NCBI GenBank assembly: GCA_016191715.1
Contig: JACPVN010000148.1
Location: 1-24,214, forward strand
Origin: Ignavibacteriota bacterium
GTDB lineage: Bacteria; Bacteroidota; Ignavibacteria; UBA10030; SZUA-254
Direction of reading: 5' to 3'
Length of the DNA stretch: 24,214 nucleotides
Below the pieces are notes generated by a model. The model searched no databases, was not told the origin of the DNA, and was given only the letters and a program-made list of their open reading frames with translations. Position numbers and translations under genes: made by a program. How positions within the stretch are numbered: the first letter of the stretch is position 1; each line of letters opens with the position of its first letter. This document shows, piece by piece, positions 1 through 9,900 of this stretch.

Positions 1-702
1 GAAATCGCTTTACTCGAAGACGAAGTGAAAACATTGAAAGAACGAAAGAAAACGCTCGGCGCAATCAACTTCGAGGCGTTTGCTGAGTTCAACTCGGAGA
101 GCGAACGGCTCTCCTTTCTCTCGCAACAGCGGGATGATTTGATTGAAGCGGAACAAACCCTGTTGAAGACGATTGATGAAATCAACACAACGGCACAGAA
201 CAAGTTTATTGAAACGTTCACACGGATTCGCGAAAACTTTATCACCATTTTCAAGGAATTGTTTGACCCGGGCGATGAGTGCGACTTACGGTTGCAGGAA
301 GATGTTGACCCGCTCGAAGCAAATATAGAAATTATTGCCAAGCCGCGCGGTAAACGTCCGACCTCGATAGATTTGCTTTCGGGCGGAGAGAAAACCTTAA
401 CGGCAATCTCGCTTTTGTTTGCAATTTATCTTGTGAAGCCGAGTCCGTTCTGTATTCTCGATGAAGTTGATGCACCGCTTGATGACTCGAACATTGACCG
501 CTATACGAGAATGATTAAAAAGTTTTCCAACAACACACAATTTATCGTTGTTACGCACAACAAACGAACGATGGAAGCGGCGCAAGCATTGTACGGTGTG
601 ACGATGGAAGAAGAAGGTGTTTCAAAACTTGTTACGGTTCGATTTAATGAACAGGCAAAAGTTCGTTCTGCGACCGTGGCAAGCGGAGTTGCGTTCGGGT
701 GA
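1..702 (+). CDS. smc: Chromosome segregation protein SMC, C-terminal ATPase head (5'-partial)
   Basis: Frame is open from base 1 (EIALLEDEVKTLKERKK...). Signature LSGGEK, Walker B FCILDEVDAPLD (D-loop), H-loop VVTHN, and the SMC-typical LGAINFEA and IEIIAKPRGK segments. Confidence 0.95.
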   Translation, partial: EIALLEDEVKTLKERKKTLGAINFEAFAEFNSESERLSFLSQQRDDLIEAEQTLLKTIDEINTTAQNKFIETFTRIRENFITIFKELFDPGDECDLRLQEDVDPLEANIEIIAKPRGKRPTSIDLLSGGEKTLTAISLLFAIYLVKPSPFCILDEVDAPLDDSNIDRYTRMIKKFSNNTQFIVVTHNKRTMEAAQALYGVTMEEEGVSKLVTVRFNEQAKVRSATVASGVAFG

Positions 703-759
703 TAATCTGTTATTTGGAACTTAGGCACCGAGAACATGTCAAAAAATAATTTCGGCTTC

Positions 760-839
760 TCATTTCCGTGAAAGCGGGAATCCAATGAACGATGTGATGA
801 TGACACGAATGGTTGGATGCCTGCTTTCGCAGGTATGAC
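760..839. repeat. REP-like inverted doublet with dRS3-like ATTCCC-N8-GGGAAT cores
   Basis: 760-784 TCATTTCCGTGAAAGCGGGAATCCA and 814-838 TGGATGCCTGCTTTCGCAGGTATGA are inverted copies (19/25 match). Each arm is itself a hairpin (GAAA or TTTC loop). A T9 run follows at 845-853. Confidence 0.8.
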
Positions 840-858
840 AATTATTTTTTTTTGTTTT

Positions 859-1596
859 ATGCTCAAGTTCTTTATTGATTTCGATGGTACAATCACCAAA
901 CAAGATGTTGGCGATGCGTTGTTTGAAACATTTGGCGGTGAGCAATGTAAAGAGATTATCAAAGAATATCGCGAAGAAAAAATATCTGCCGTCGAATGTT
1001 TTCAAAAAGAAACTGCCGCGTGCGGAATAGTTGAGAAGGTCCAACTTGACCGTTTCCTTGATGTTCAGGAAATAGATGAGACGTTTCGTGAGTTCGTCTC
1101 GTATTGCAAGTCGAACGGATTGGAATATTTCATCCTTAGCGATGGAATGGATTACTACATCAAAAGAATTCTTGAACGCCATGCTCTGGGTGACGTTCCG
1201 GTGTATGCGAACATGTTGAATCTTGAACCGGTACAAGGAAGTTCAGGTGTGATTTTTCGCCCGGAATTTCCATTTACCGACGAAGTGTGTAACCGGTGTG
1301 CAAGTTGTAAGCGAAATCATATTCTTACGCTTGCAGGCGATGATGACATCATTGCATACGTCGGCGAAGGATATTCAGACCGGTGTCCGGTGCGTTATGC
1401 GGATGTTGTGTTTGCGAAAGATGATTTATTAAAGTTTTGTCGGCGAGAAGAAATTCCTCATGTGGAATATCAAACATTCGCCGATGTTGTTAAGTATGTA
1501 GAAAAGATGATTCATAAAAACGGAAAAACAAAAGTTAAATTAAAGAAACGACGGCTTGCAGAACTTGCAAGACGGGAAGTGTTTGCGGGCGGATAA
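859..1596 (+). CDS. MtnX-like HAD-IB family phosphatase
   Basis: HAD motif I FIDFDGTIT, motif II ILSDG, CxxCxxCK segment and GEGYSDRC motif IV. Start moved to ATG 859 because the ORF-track N-terminus MPAFAGMT is translated REP DNA. Confidence 0.8.
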   Translation: MLKFFIDFDGTITKQDVGDALFETFGGEQCKEIIKEYREEKISAVECFQKETAACGIVEKVQLDRFLDVQEIDETFREFVSYCKSNGLEYFILSDGMDYYIKRILERHALGDVPVYANMLNLEPVQGSSGVIFRPEFPFTDEVCNRCASCKRNHILTLAGDDDIIAYVGEGYSDRCPVRYADVVFAKDDLLKFCRREEIPHVEYQTFADVVKYVEKMIHKNGKTKVKLKKRRLAELARREVFAGG

Positions 1597-1599
1597 CAG

Positions 1600-2181
1600 A
1601 TGGACGTTCGTCAGTTTCTTTTTAAAAATAGAAGTTACATCCCGATTCCGTTTCTCATCGTGATGCTCATTTTTGCCAAGCCAACGCTCATCTCAATGAT
1701 GTTTGGATTTATCCTGGTCATACTCGGCGAATATTTCCGGCTGTGGGGTGTTGCCATTGCGGGAAGTGAAACACGCACGACCGGTCCGGTCGGCGGAACA
1801 TTTCTCGTCACGACTGGACCGTTTGCCTATGTGAGAAATCCGTTGTATCTCGGCAATATGCTGATTTACTTTGGTATCGGCACGATGTCGTTTGCATTGT
1901 TTCCGTGGTTGACGGTCGGCGCTTATATATATTTTTATGTGCAGTATTCGTTTATCGTTTCCCTTGAAGAAGAACATCTTGCACAAAAGTTTGGAGATGA
2001 GTATGAACGATACACAAAGTCAGTTCCGAGATTTTTTCCTTCATTGATTCCGTACAAACGCGGAACGAACGAACAACCGGAACTTGATTGGAAACGGGGA
2101 TTTATTTCCGAGAAACGAACACTTCAGGCAATCGTGTTGCTGACGATTCTGCTTATCGTCATCTGGCAGGTCAGAGCGTAG
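1600..2181 (+). CDS. Isoprenylcysteine carboxyl methyltransferase / PEMT family membrane methyltransferase
   Basis: Several hydrophobic helices plus family motifs LVTTGPFAYVRNPLYLG and EEEHL...FGDEYERY...VPRFFP. Confidence 0.85.
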   Translation: MDVRQFLFKNRSYIPIPFLIVMLIFAKPTLISMMFGFILVILGEYFRLWGVAIAGSETRTTGPVGGTFLVTTGPFAYVRNPLYLGNMLIYFGIGTMSFALFPWLTVGAYIYFYVQYSFIVSLEEEHLAQKFGDEYERYTKSVPRFFPSLIPYKRGTNEQPELDWKRGFISEKRTLQAIVLLTILLIVIWQVRA

Positions 2182-2184
2182 CAG

Positions 2185-3312
2185 ATGAACATCATGATTA
2201 TTGCCGGGGAGGCATCAGGTGACCTCCACGGCTCCGGTGTCGTTAGTGAGTTAAAACGCCGTCACCCCGATGCGGAAATTTTCGGTATCGGCGGAGACAA
2301 AATGCAAAGTGCGGGAATGAAACTTATCTATCACATCAACGAAGTTTCGGTGATGGGATTTTGGGAAGTGGTGAAGCATCTGCACGTAATTCGCTCGGTT
2401 GAAAAAACTCTGCTGATGATTGCTCAAACGAAAAAGCCGGACGTGATTTTGTTGATTGATTATCCCGGTTTCAATCTTCGCTTCGCGCAGAAAGTTCGCA
2501 GTGTCGGTTCGAAGATTGTGTATTATATCAGCCCGCAAGTGTGGGCGTGGAATTCAGGCAGAGTGAAAAAAATGAAGGCATTGCTCGATAAAATGCTCGT
2601 CGTCTTTCCGTTTGAAGAAGAGATTTATAAACGAGAAGGAATTCCTGTTGAATTTGTCGGGCATCCGTTGCTCGAAGAGTTAAAGGGGACACATTCTAAA
2701 AAAGATTTTTGTAAGCGGTACGGGCTTGATGAATCGAAACCAATCATTGGTTTGTTTCCCGGAAGCCGTCGGCAGGAGATAGAAAGAATTTTCCCGGCGA
2801 TGCTCGGCGCGGCAAGAATTTTATACGGCTCTGATGAAGCACAAACTGTTGTCGGCGTTGCCTCCGTTTTAGAGATGGAATACATGAAATCATTTTTGCG
2901 GGATGATTTTCCGGTTCAACTTCTTCAACATGCAACCTACGATGCGATGGCGTGTGTGGATGTCGCTCTGGTAACTTCGGGAACCGCAACGCTTGAAACT
3001 GCATTCTATCAAACACCGATGGTTGTCGTCTATAAAACTTCGTGGCTGACGTATTGGATTGGAAGAATGTTAGTGAATGTAAAAAATATCGGCTTAGTAA
3101 ACATCGTTGCCGGAAAGCAAATTGTTCCTGAGTTGATTCAAGGTAAATTAAAGCCGTTCCGACTTGCCGTGGAAGCCGCGGCAATGCTGGAAGATAAGGT
3201 ACGACGTGAAAGGATTATTCAGGAGCTTCGTTTGATTCGGACAAAGTTAGGAACGGCAGGTGCATCCGGTCGTGTTGCCGATACAATTTGTACGTTAGCA
3301 GTGAACGCCTGA
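2185..3312 (+). CDS. lpxB: Lipid-A-disaccharide synthase
   Basis: IAGEASGDLHG, IDYPGFN, YYISPQVWAW, FVGHPL, PGSR, SGTATLE motifs; 375 aa. Confidence 0.96.
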   Translation: MNIMIIAGEASGDLHGSGVVSELKRRHPDAEIFGIGGDKMQSAGMKLIYHINEVSVMGFWEVVKHLHVIRSVEKTLLMIAQTKKPDVILLIDYPGFNLRFAQKVRSVGSKIVYYISPQVWAWNSGRVKKMKALLDKMLVVFPFEEEIYKREGIPVEFVGHPLLEELKGTHSKKDFCKRYGLDESKPIIGLFPGSRRQEIERIFPAMLGAARILYGSDEAQTVVGVASVLEMEYMKSFLRDDFPVQLLQHATYDAMACVDVALVTSGTATLETAFYQTPMVVVYKTSWLTYWIGRMLVNVKNIGLVNIVAGKQIVPELIQGKLKPFRLAVEAAAMLEDKVRRERIIQELRLIRTKLGTAGASGRVADTICTLAVNA

Positions 3313-3321
3313 GGTCGAAGT

Positions 3322-4338
3322 GTGTCGAACCTATTACTCCCATTTTCGTGGCTGTACGGACTTATCATTTGGATTCGCAATCGGTGTTATGACGCCGGGT
3401 TATTCAAGGTCGAACGAGTGAGTGTTCCCGTGATTTCAGTTGGAAATATGACAGCAGGCGGAACCGGCAAGACGCCGTTTGTTGAATATCTTGTTCGATA
3501 TTATTCGGAAAAAGGAAAACGTGTTGCGGTGTTAAGTCGCGGATACAAGAGAAGTTCCGTTGGAACAGTTGCCGTCGGTTCTGATGAATCGAACCGTGGA
3601 AATGCAGAATCACTTGGCGATGAGTTGTTTCAGATTGCCCGAAAGTTTCCGAACGCAACGGTCATTGCCGATGAGAAGCGAATTCGTTCTGCAAAACTTG
3701 CTGTGGGAAAATATCAAGCAGAAATAATTGTGCTTGATGATGGATTTCAGCATCGCTCACTCGGTCGGGATTTGGATATTGTCATGCTTGGTTCTATTCC
3801 GTTGAGAAATATTCCATTACTTCCGGCGGGGTTGAGAAGGGAACCGATGTCGGGATTGAGGCGGGCGAATGTAATTGTTGAGAGCGGAACAGCAGTGCCA
3901 TTGCCTTCCGGTTTTAATTCGTTGTTGAAAATCAGAACAGAAATAAAAGTGAAATGTTTGAAGCAAGTGTTCAGAAACGGTTTGTTCGAGCCAAACGAAT
4001 TGACGGGGATGAATGTCGTCACAGTTTCAGGGATTGCAAATCCTGAACGATTTCACACAACGTTAGAATCTCTTGGTTTGATAATCAAAGAGTTGGTTCG
4101 GTATCCTGACCATCATCGATTTTTGCTTTCGGATTTGATGAAGATTCAAACAGTATTTGAAAAGCAACATGCTGAATATATTATCACAACAGAAAAAGAT
4201 GCCGTTCGGCTGTTGGCGATGAAGGAAGCAGAAACCATGTTTCACGAACGGTTGTTGTATGTAGAGATTGAAATGGAAATCAGACAAGGAAAAACAGAAT
4301 TTCAAAAAATACTTGATTCAATAATGGGTGTTCATTGA
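3322..4338 (+). CDS. lpxK: Tetraacyldisaccharide 4'-kinase
   Basis: VISVGNMTAGGTGKTP P-loop, LSRGY, LDDGFQH, GIANP, PDHH, TTEKDAVR; GTG start. Confidence 0.96.
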   Translation: MSNLLLPFSWLYGLIIWIRNRCYDAGLFKVERVSVPVISVGNMTAGGTGKTPFVEYLVRYYSEKGKRVAVLSRGYKRSSVGTVAVGSDESNRGNAESLGDELFQIARKFPNATVIADEKRIRSAKLAVGKYQAEIIVLDDGFQHRSLGRDLDIVMLGSIPLRNIPLLPAGLRREPMSGLRRANVIVESGTAVPLPSGFNSLLKIRTEIKVKCLKQVFRNGLFEPNELTGMNVVTVSGIANPERFHTTLESLGLIIKELVRYPDHHRFLLSDLMKIQTVFEKQHAEYIITTEKDAVRLLAMKEAETMFHERLLYVEIEMEIRQGKTEFQKILDSIMGVH

Positions 4339-5048
4339 TGCGTATCGCGGTAACAGATAACATGGGAGCCGAAGAAAAATTTTGGCTTTACATCAATTGG
4401 TTAAAAAGCGGCAACCCTGATTTGGAATGGGTAAAGTTATCGTATGTTGACGAGAATCTTTCGGAGATTGAGAAATGCGACGGTGTGTTGCTTACCGGCG
4501 GCGGCGATGTTGAACCGTCACTCTACGATTCAGCATCAACCCACCCGAAAGTGTATGGAGTTGACCACAATCGTGATGATTTCGAGCGACAAGTGATTGA
4601 TGAAACGCTTCGACAGGAAAAGCCGTTGCTCGGAATTTGCCGCGGCTTGCAAATTGCCAATGTACATTTCGGCGGCACGCTGATTCAAGACCTTGAAGAA
4701 ATCGGACATACGGAACACTCGACAAAAGATGAGTATGAACAACGGCATTGGATTGAACTGACGCGCACAGGAATATTATCGGAAACGATAGAGAGATTAA
4801 CAGGAAATGTGAATTCGTTTCATCATCAGGCGGCAGACAAAATCGGTTCGGGATTAGCAGTTGCCGCTCGTTCTGTGGATGGGATTGTGGAAGCAATCGA
4901 ATTTGAAGATGCACTTGCAAAACCGTTCTTCCTGTGTGTTCAATGGCATCCCGAACGGATGAAGGATGCAGAGAATCCTTTTTCAAAAAATATTTTAGAT
5001 AGATTTTTAACAAGTATTAGAAAAAGTGAAACCGCTAAAGCGGTTTGA
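4338..5048 (+). CDS. Gamma-glutamyl-gamma-aminobutyrate hydrolase family protein (peptidase C26, class I glutamine amidotransferase-like)
   Basis: LLTGGGDV, nucleophile elbow LGICRGLQ, VNSFHHQA, VQWHPE. ATG 4338 overlaps the lpxK stop (TGATG). Confidence 0.85.
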   Translation: MRIAVTDNMGAEEKFWLYINWLKSGNPDLEWVKLSYVDENLSEIEKCDGVLLTGGGDVEPSLYDSASTHPKVYGVDHNRDDFERQVIDETLRQEKPLLGICRGLQIANVHFGGTLIQDLEEIGHTEHSTKDEYEQRHWIELTRTGILSETIERLTGNVNSFHHQAADKIGSGLAVAARSVDGIVEAIEFEDALAKPFFLCVQWHPERMKDAENPFSKNILDRFLTSIRKSETAKAV

Positions 5049-5130
5049 TGAGTTGTTTTTTTAGAAAGCCCCAGACTTAAGTCTGGGGTTAAAGACAAAA
5101 AATCTTTCCAAAACCGTTTCAACGGTTTTG
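5029..5130. repeat. Cluster of three REP-like palindromes (A-B-A' arrangement)
   Basis: AAACCGCT-AA-AGCGGTTT (5029-5046); perfect 20-bp palindrome CCCCAGACTTAAGTCTGGGG (5069-5088); CAAAACCGTT-TC-AACGGTTTTG (5109-5130). Confidence 0.8.
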
Positions 5131-5207
5131 ACGGAAGAATTAACAACAATAAACAAGAAGAATTTTTATTGAACAAAACGAAAACATTAATTAAGGAAAA
5201 TACAATT

Positions 5208-7949
5208 ATGGCAAAGAAATATGTTTATACATTTGGAAACGGAAAAGCCGAAGGCACGGCAGAGATGAAAGGACTGCTCGGCGGTAAGGGTGCAAACCTC
5301 GCTGAGATGACGAATATCGGTTTGCCTGTTCCGGCGGGCTTCACGATTTCGACGGAAGTTTGTACGTACTACTACGCGAACAAACGTGCGTATCCTCAAA
5401 CATTAAACGGAGAAATCGTCAAAGCATTGAAGAAAGTGGAGAGAATGATGGGAATAAAATTCGGAAACCCGAAAAATCCGTTACTCCTTTCGGTTCGTTC
5501 AGGCGCGCGCGCCTCAATGCCGGGAATGATGGACACGATTCTCAATCTCGGTTTGAATGATGTCGTCGCTGAAGGACTTGTGAAGAAAACGAAGAACCCG
5601 CGTTTTGTGTATGATTCATATCGCCGCTTCGTTCAGATGTACGGCGATGTTGTGTTGGGATTAAAACCGCAACACAAAGATGAGATTGACCCGTTCGAAC
5701 TTATCATAGAAAAGATGAAAGAAGAGAAAGGCGTACATCTTGATACGGAACTTGATGCAAATGACATGAAGGAACTTGTCCGTCGTTTCAAGAAAGCGAT
5801 TAAAGAAAAAACGGGACACGGGTTCCCTGACGACCCGATGAAACAATTGTGGGGGGCAGTTGGCGCAGTGTTCAGTTCGTGGAATAACGACCGCGCTATT
5901 GCATACCGCAAGATGTATGATATTCCGGAGTCGTGGGGAACGGCAGTGAATATTCAATCTATGGTTTTCGGAAACATGGGTGAAGATTCAGGAACAGGTG
6001 TGGCGTTCACTCGTGATGCGGCAACCGGAAAAAATATTTTCTACGGCGAATATCTCATGAATGCACAGGGTGAAGATGTCGTTGCGGGAACGCGTACTCC
6101 GTTGCCGATTTCAAAATTGGAAAAAGAAAATCCAAGAATCTACAAACAACTTGATAAAATCAGATTAAAACTTGAAAAGCATTATCACGATATGATGGAT
6201 GTTGAATTTACTATTCAGCAAAAAACATTGTACATGTTGCAATGCCGCGTCGGAAAACGGACGGCATTTGCCGCAATCAAGATTGCTGTTGATATGGTTG
6301 GTGAAGGATTGATTTCCGAAAAGGAAGCATTGAACAGAATTGAACCCGACCAACTTAATCAATTGCTTCGTCCGATTTTTGATTTGAAAGAAAAAGCATC
6401 CGCAATTCAGTCGGGCAAATTACTTGCTAAGGGATTGAACGCCGGACCCGGCGCGGCAACAGGACGCGTTGTGTTCAACGCTCCTGATGCCGAAGAGTGG
6501 AAGAAGCGCGGAGAGAAAATTATTCTCACCAGAATTGAAACATCGCCGGAAGACATCAAAGGAATGGATGCCTCGGAAGGAATTCTCACAGCACGCGGCG
6601 GAATGACTTCCCACGCGGCGCTTGTAGCACGCCAGATGGGAAAAGTTTGCGTCGCCGGTTGCTCGGTGTTAAACATTGATTACACGACACATTCGATGGT
6701 TGTGAACGGTAAGACAATCAAAGAAGGAGATTGGATTTCCATTGACGGAACGACAGGTGAAGTGATTGAAGGAAAACTTGCAACGAAACCATCGGAAGTT
6801 GTTCAGGTGTTGGTTGATAAAACGCTCGAACCCAGAAAAGCGCCGGTGTATCAGGCGTACGCTAAAGTAATGAAGTGGGCTGACCAGTATCGCCGTATGA
6901 AAATCCGGACGAACGCTGACCAACCTGACCAATCTGCAAATGCAGTCGCCTTCGGTGCAGAAGGAATCGGGCTTTGCAGAACGGAACACATGTTCTTCGG
7001 TGAAGGAAAAATCGGACCGATGCGTGAAATGATATTGGCTGATACGCTTGAAGCGCGAAAGAATGCACTCGCCAAATTGCTTCCGTTACAGCGCGCCGAC
7101 TTTGAAGGTATCTTTGAAGCGATGAATGGTCGTCCCGTAACAATCCGAACGATTGACCCGCCGTTGCATGAGTTTGTTCCTCATGAAGAAAAGCAACAGA
7201 GAGAACTTGCAAAGCAAATGGGAATCAGTTACGAAAAAGTACGTCAGCGAGTGGAAAGTTTGCACGAGTTCAACCCGATGCTTGGTTTCCGCGGTTGCCG
7301 GTTGGGATTGATTTTCCCTGAAATTACAGAGATGCAGGCACGCGCAATATTTGAAGCCGCGGCAAACGTAAAAGCACGCGGTATTAAAGTTGAGCCGGAA
7401 GTAATGATTCCGCTTGTCGGCAATGTGAAGGAACTTGCACATCAGGAAAAAATTGTCCGGCAAGTTGCAGAAGAAGTTCTGCGTGAGAAGAAGGTGAAGT
7501 TCAACTATCTCGTCGGAACAATGATTGAAGTTCCGCGCGGCGCAATCACAGCGGATGAAATTGCAAAGTCGGCAGAGTTCTTCAGTTTCGGAACGAACGA
7601 TTTAACGCAAACAACGCTCGGAGTCAGCCGTGATGATGCGGGACGATTCCTCACACCGTATGTTGAAATGGAAATTTATCCGAAAGACCCGTTCGAAGCA
7701 ATAGACAGAGCGGGTGTTGGCGCGTTGATGAAAATCGCTGTCGAAAAAGGTCGTTCTGTTCGGAATGATTTGAAGATTGGAATTTGCGGCGAGCATGGCG
7801 GTGAACCGTCAAGCGTCGAGTTCTGTCATCAAATCGGATTGAACTACGTCAGTTGTTCTCCCTACCGCGTACCTATTGCCCGGCTTGCCGCGGCTAAGGC
7901 GGCGCTTGCAGATGAGAAGTCTGTCGAAACCGGAAAGAAGAAGAAGTAA
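5208..7949 (+). CDS. ppdK: Pyruvate, phosphate dikinase
   Basis: [28 protein letters not shown], phospho-His motif [43 protein letters not shown] 5208 follows AAGGAAAA and is preferred over TTG 5169. Confidence 0.97.
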   Translation: MAKKYVYTFGNGKAEGTAEMKGLLGGKGANLAEMTNIGLPVPAGFTISTEVCTYYYANKRAYPQTLNGEIVKALKKVERMMGIKFGNPKNPLLLSVRSGARASMPGMMDTILNLGLNDVVAEGLVKKTKNPRFVYDSYRRFVQMYGDVVLGLKPQHKDEIDPFELIIEKMKEEKGVHLDTELDANDMKELVRRFKKAIKEKTGHGFPDDPMKQLWGAVGAVFSSWNNDRAIAYRKMYDIPESWGTAVNIQSMVFGNMGEDSGTGVAFTRDAATGKNIFYGEYLMNAQGEDVVAGTRTPLPISKLEKENPRIYKQLDKIRLKLEKHYHDMMDVEFTIQQKTLYMLQCRVGKRTAFAAIKIAVDMVGEGLISEKEALNRIEPDQLNQLLRPIFDLKEKASAIQSGKLLAKGLNAGPGAATGRVVFNAPDAEEWKKRGEKIILTRIETSPEDIKGMDASEGILTARGGMTSHAALVARQMGKVCVAGCSVLNIDYTTHSMVVNGKTIKEGDWISIDGTTGEVIEGKLATKPSEVVQVLVDKTLEPRKAPVYQAYAKVMKWADQYRRMKIRTNADQPDQSANAVAFGAEGIGLCRTEHMFFGEGKIGPMREMILADTLEARKNALAKLLPLQRADFEGIFEAMNGRPVTIRTIDPPLHEFVPHEEKQQRELAKQMGISYEKVRQRVESLHEFNPMLGFRGCRLGLIFPEITEMQARAIFEAAANVKARGIKVEPEVMIPLVGNVKELAHQEKIVRQVAEEVLREKKVKFNYLVGTMIEVPRGAITADEIAKSAEFFSFGTNDLTQTTLGVSRDDAGRFLTPYVEMEIYPKDPFEAIDRAGVGALMKIAVEKGRSVRNDLKIGICGEHGGEPSSVEFCHQIGLNYVSCSPYRVPIARLAAAKAALADEKSVETGKKKK

Positions 7950-7957
7950 CTTACTTT

Positions 7958-7997
7958 CATCACTCCTCTCTTTCATTAGGGAAAGAGAGGAGTGATG
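7958..7997. terminator. Perfect 17-bp stem-loop just downstream of ppdK (terminator or mRNA-stabilising hairpin)
   Basis: CATCACTCCTCTCTTTC-ATTAGG-GAAAGAGAGGAGTGATG. There is no U-tract on the + strand, so intrinsic termination is uncertain. Confidence 0.5.
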
Positions 7998-8047
7998 GAG
8001 TGATGGTTTGACGAAGTAATTATGAATTTGAGAAAAAATACTCAAAC

Positions 8048-8089
8048 TCACTACTCACGAATCACAACTCACCGTTCACTACTTACAAA
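8048..8089. repeat. Degenerate heptamer tandem repeat (TCACNNN x5-6)
   Basis: TCACTAC TCACGAA TCACAAC TCACCGT TCACTAC TTACAAA in the ppdK-queA spacer. Confidence 0.65.
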
Positions 8090-8142
8090 ACACACTAATC
8101 GTGATTGAATTTATAAAAACACAATAGAAGGAAAAGAAAAAC

Positions 8143-9186
8143 ATGAGTATGAAATTATCAGATTTTAAATATCCCACGCCGCGCAACTTGATTGCAAAGT
8201 ATCCGGCAAAGCCGCGTGATTCTGCACGACTGATGGTTATCAATCGGGCAGATGAATCAATTGAAGAGAAGCGGTTCAGTGACATCGTTGATTACTTCAA
8301 GAAAGGGGACTCGCTCGTACTGAACAACACGAAAGTGTTCTCGGCGCGAATGGTCGGGAGAAAGGAAAAAACGAACGCGAAGATTGAAGTTTTTCTCCTT
8401 CGCCAGTTGAATGCGGAAGAAGGAATTTGGGATGTCATCGTTGACCCGGCACGCAAAGTCCGAATCGGTAACAAAATTTATTTCGATGATGGAAAGTTGT
8501 GGTGTGAAGTTGTAGATAATACGACTTCACGCGGTCGCACGGTTCGATTCAATCAAAAAGGAAATTTGTACGGATTGATTGACCGTATCGGATTGACGCC
8601 GCTTCCGTATTACATCAAGCGTGAGCCGGAAGACGCGGACAAAGAGGCGTATCAGACTGTGTTTGCGAAATATATCGGCTCGGTTGCTGCGCCTACTGCC
8701 GCTCTCCATTTTTCGCAACGACTACTGACACAACTTCATGACAAAGGTGTTTCGATTTCGCATGTTCTGCTTCATCTCGGTTTGGGTTCGTTCAGACCGG
8801 TGGAAGTCGAAGACCTTTCGAAACATCGTATGGACTCAGAATATTTTGAAGTTCCGCTCAGTGCCGCAGACGCTGTCAATAAGTCAATCAATAACAAGGG
8901 AAATGTTTTTCTTGTCGGAACGAGTGCGACACGTGCAGTCGAATCGGCAGTGACAACAACAGGTCATCTTAAAATGGCGCGCGGTTGGACGGACAAGTTT
9001 ATCTTTCCGCCGTACGAATTTAAGATTGCCGACAAGTTGATAACCAATTTCCATTTACCGGAATCAACCATGTTGATGATGGTCTGTGCATTCGCCAACC
9101 GCGATTTAATTTTGAAAGCGTACAAGAAAGCAATCAAAGAGAAATGGCGCTTCTACAGTTACGGCGATGCGATGTTGATTTTGTAA
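8143..9186 (+). CDS. queA: S-adenosylmethionine:tRNA ribosyltransferase-isomerase
   Basis: IAKYPAKPRDSARL, NNTKVF, YQTVFA, GSVAAPTA, TNFHLPEST, FYSYGDAM. Confidence 0.96.
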   Translation: MSMKLSDFKYPTPRNLIAKYPAKPRDSARLMVINRADESIEEKRFSDIVDYFKKGDSLVLNNTKVFSARMVGRKEKTNAKIEVFLLRQLNAEEGIWDVIVDPARKVRIGNKIYFDDGKLWCEVVDNTTSRGRTVRFNQKGNLYGLIDRIGLTPLPYYIKREPEDADKEAYQTVFAKYIGSVAAPTAALHFSQRLLTQLHDKGVSISHVLLHLGLGSFRPVEVEDLSKHRMDSEYFEVPLSAADAVNKSINNKGNVFLVGTSATRAVESAVTTTGHLKMARGWTDKFIFPPYEFKIADKLITNFHLPESTMLMMVCAFANRDLILKAYKKAIKEKWRFYSYGDAMLIL

Positions 9187-9192
9187 TCAACG

Positions 9193-9900
9193 ATGTTCAA
9201 AAATAAAAAAGTTGGAGTAATCATTCCCGCCGCAGGAACCGGAAGTCGGTTTGGCGGCGGGGTGGCAAAGCAATTTCTCGAACTGTACGGGAAGACCGTT
9301 CTTTCCGAAACTCTTCATCAGTTTCAGATTCATCCTTCGATTGATTGCATCGGAATTGCCGGTTCGACGGATGGAATTGAACAAATCAAAACACTTGTTC
9401 GGGTTGAAAATATTTCAAAAATTGTATGGATTGGAATTGGCGGAACAGAGCGGCAGGATTCTGTGTGGAACGGACTTCAGGCATTGCAACCTTTTTCACC
9501 TGAACTTGTTCTCATCCATGATGCGGTTCGTCCGTTTGTAAACGGTGAAATTATCGAACGTGTGTTAGAAGCAACAGTGAATCATGGAGCGGCTATTCCT
9601 GCTGTTCATCCGAAGGATACAGTGAAGATTAGCGATGCAAATTTGCTGGTTACCAAAACGCCGCTTCGGCAACAATGTTGGCAGATACAAACTCCACAGG
9701 GATTTGTGTTTAATGTTCTGATGAATGCTTTCGAGCAGGCGATTCGCGATAATTTTTTCGGAACGGATGATGCAAGTTTGGTTGAACGAATCGGCGCGCC
9801 CGTGAAAATAGTTGAAGGAAGTTATGAGAACTTCAAAATCACAACAAGAGAAGATTTAGTGTTCGCTGAACTTCTTGCAAAACAAAGAATGAGTTCATGA
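9193..9900 (+). CDS. ispD: 2-C-methyl-D-erythritol 4-phosphate cytidylyltransferase
   Basis: IIPAAGTGSRFG...KQFL, GGTERQDSV, VLIHDAVRPF, QTPQGF, TDDASL, NFKITTREDL. Confidence 0.93.
   Translation: MFKNKKVGVIIPAAGTGSRFGGGVAKQFLELYGKTVLSETLHQFQIHPSIDCIGIAGSTDGIEQIKTLVRVENISKIVWIGIGGTERQDSVWNGLQALQPFSPELVLIHDAVRPFVNGEIIERVLEATVNHGAAIPAVHPKDTVKISDANLLVTKTPLRQQCWQIQTPQGFVFNVLMNAFEQAIRDNFFGTDDASLVERIGAPVKIVEGSYENFKITTREDLVFAELLAKQRMSS

Noticed and set aside
817-858. N-terminal extension MPAFAGMTIIFFCF of the HAD phosphatase
   Set aside because: It is translated REP arm plus poly-T; the HAD motif I begins just after ATG 859.
8048-8089. CRISPR array or diversity-generating retroelement
   Set aside because: The repeats are 7-nt contiguous units with no spacers. 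No cas or reverse transcriptase gene, and no template/variable repeat pair with adenine-specific mismatches, was seen.
7950-8142. preQ1 riboswitch upstream of queA
   Set aside because: No recognisable preQ1 stem, loop and A-rich tail pattern; the structure present is explained by short repeats.
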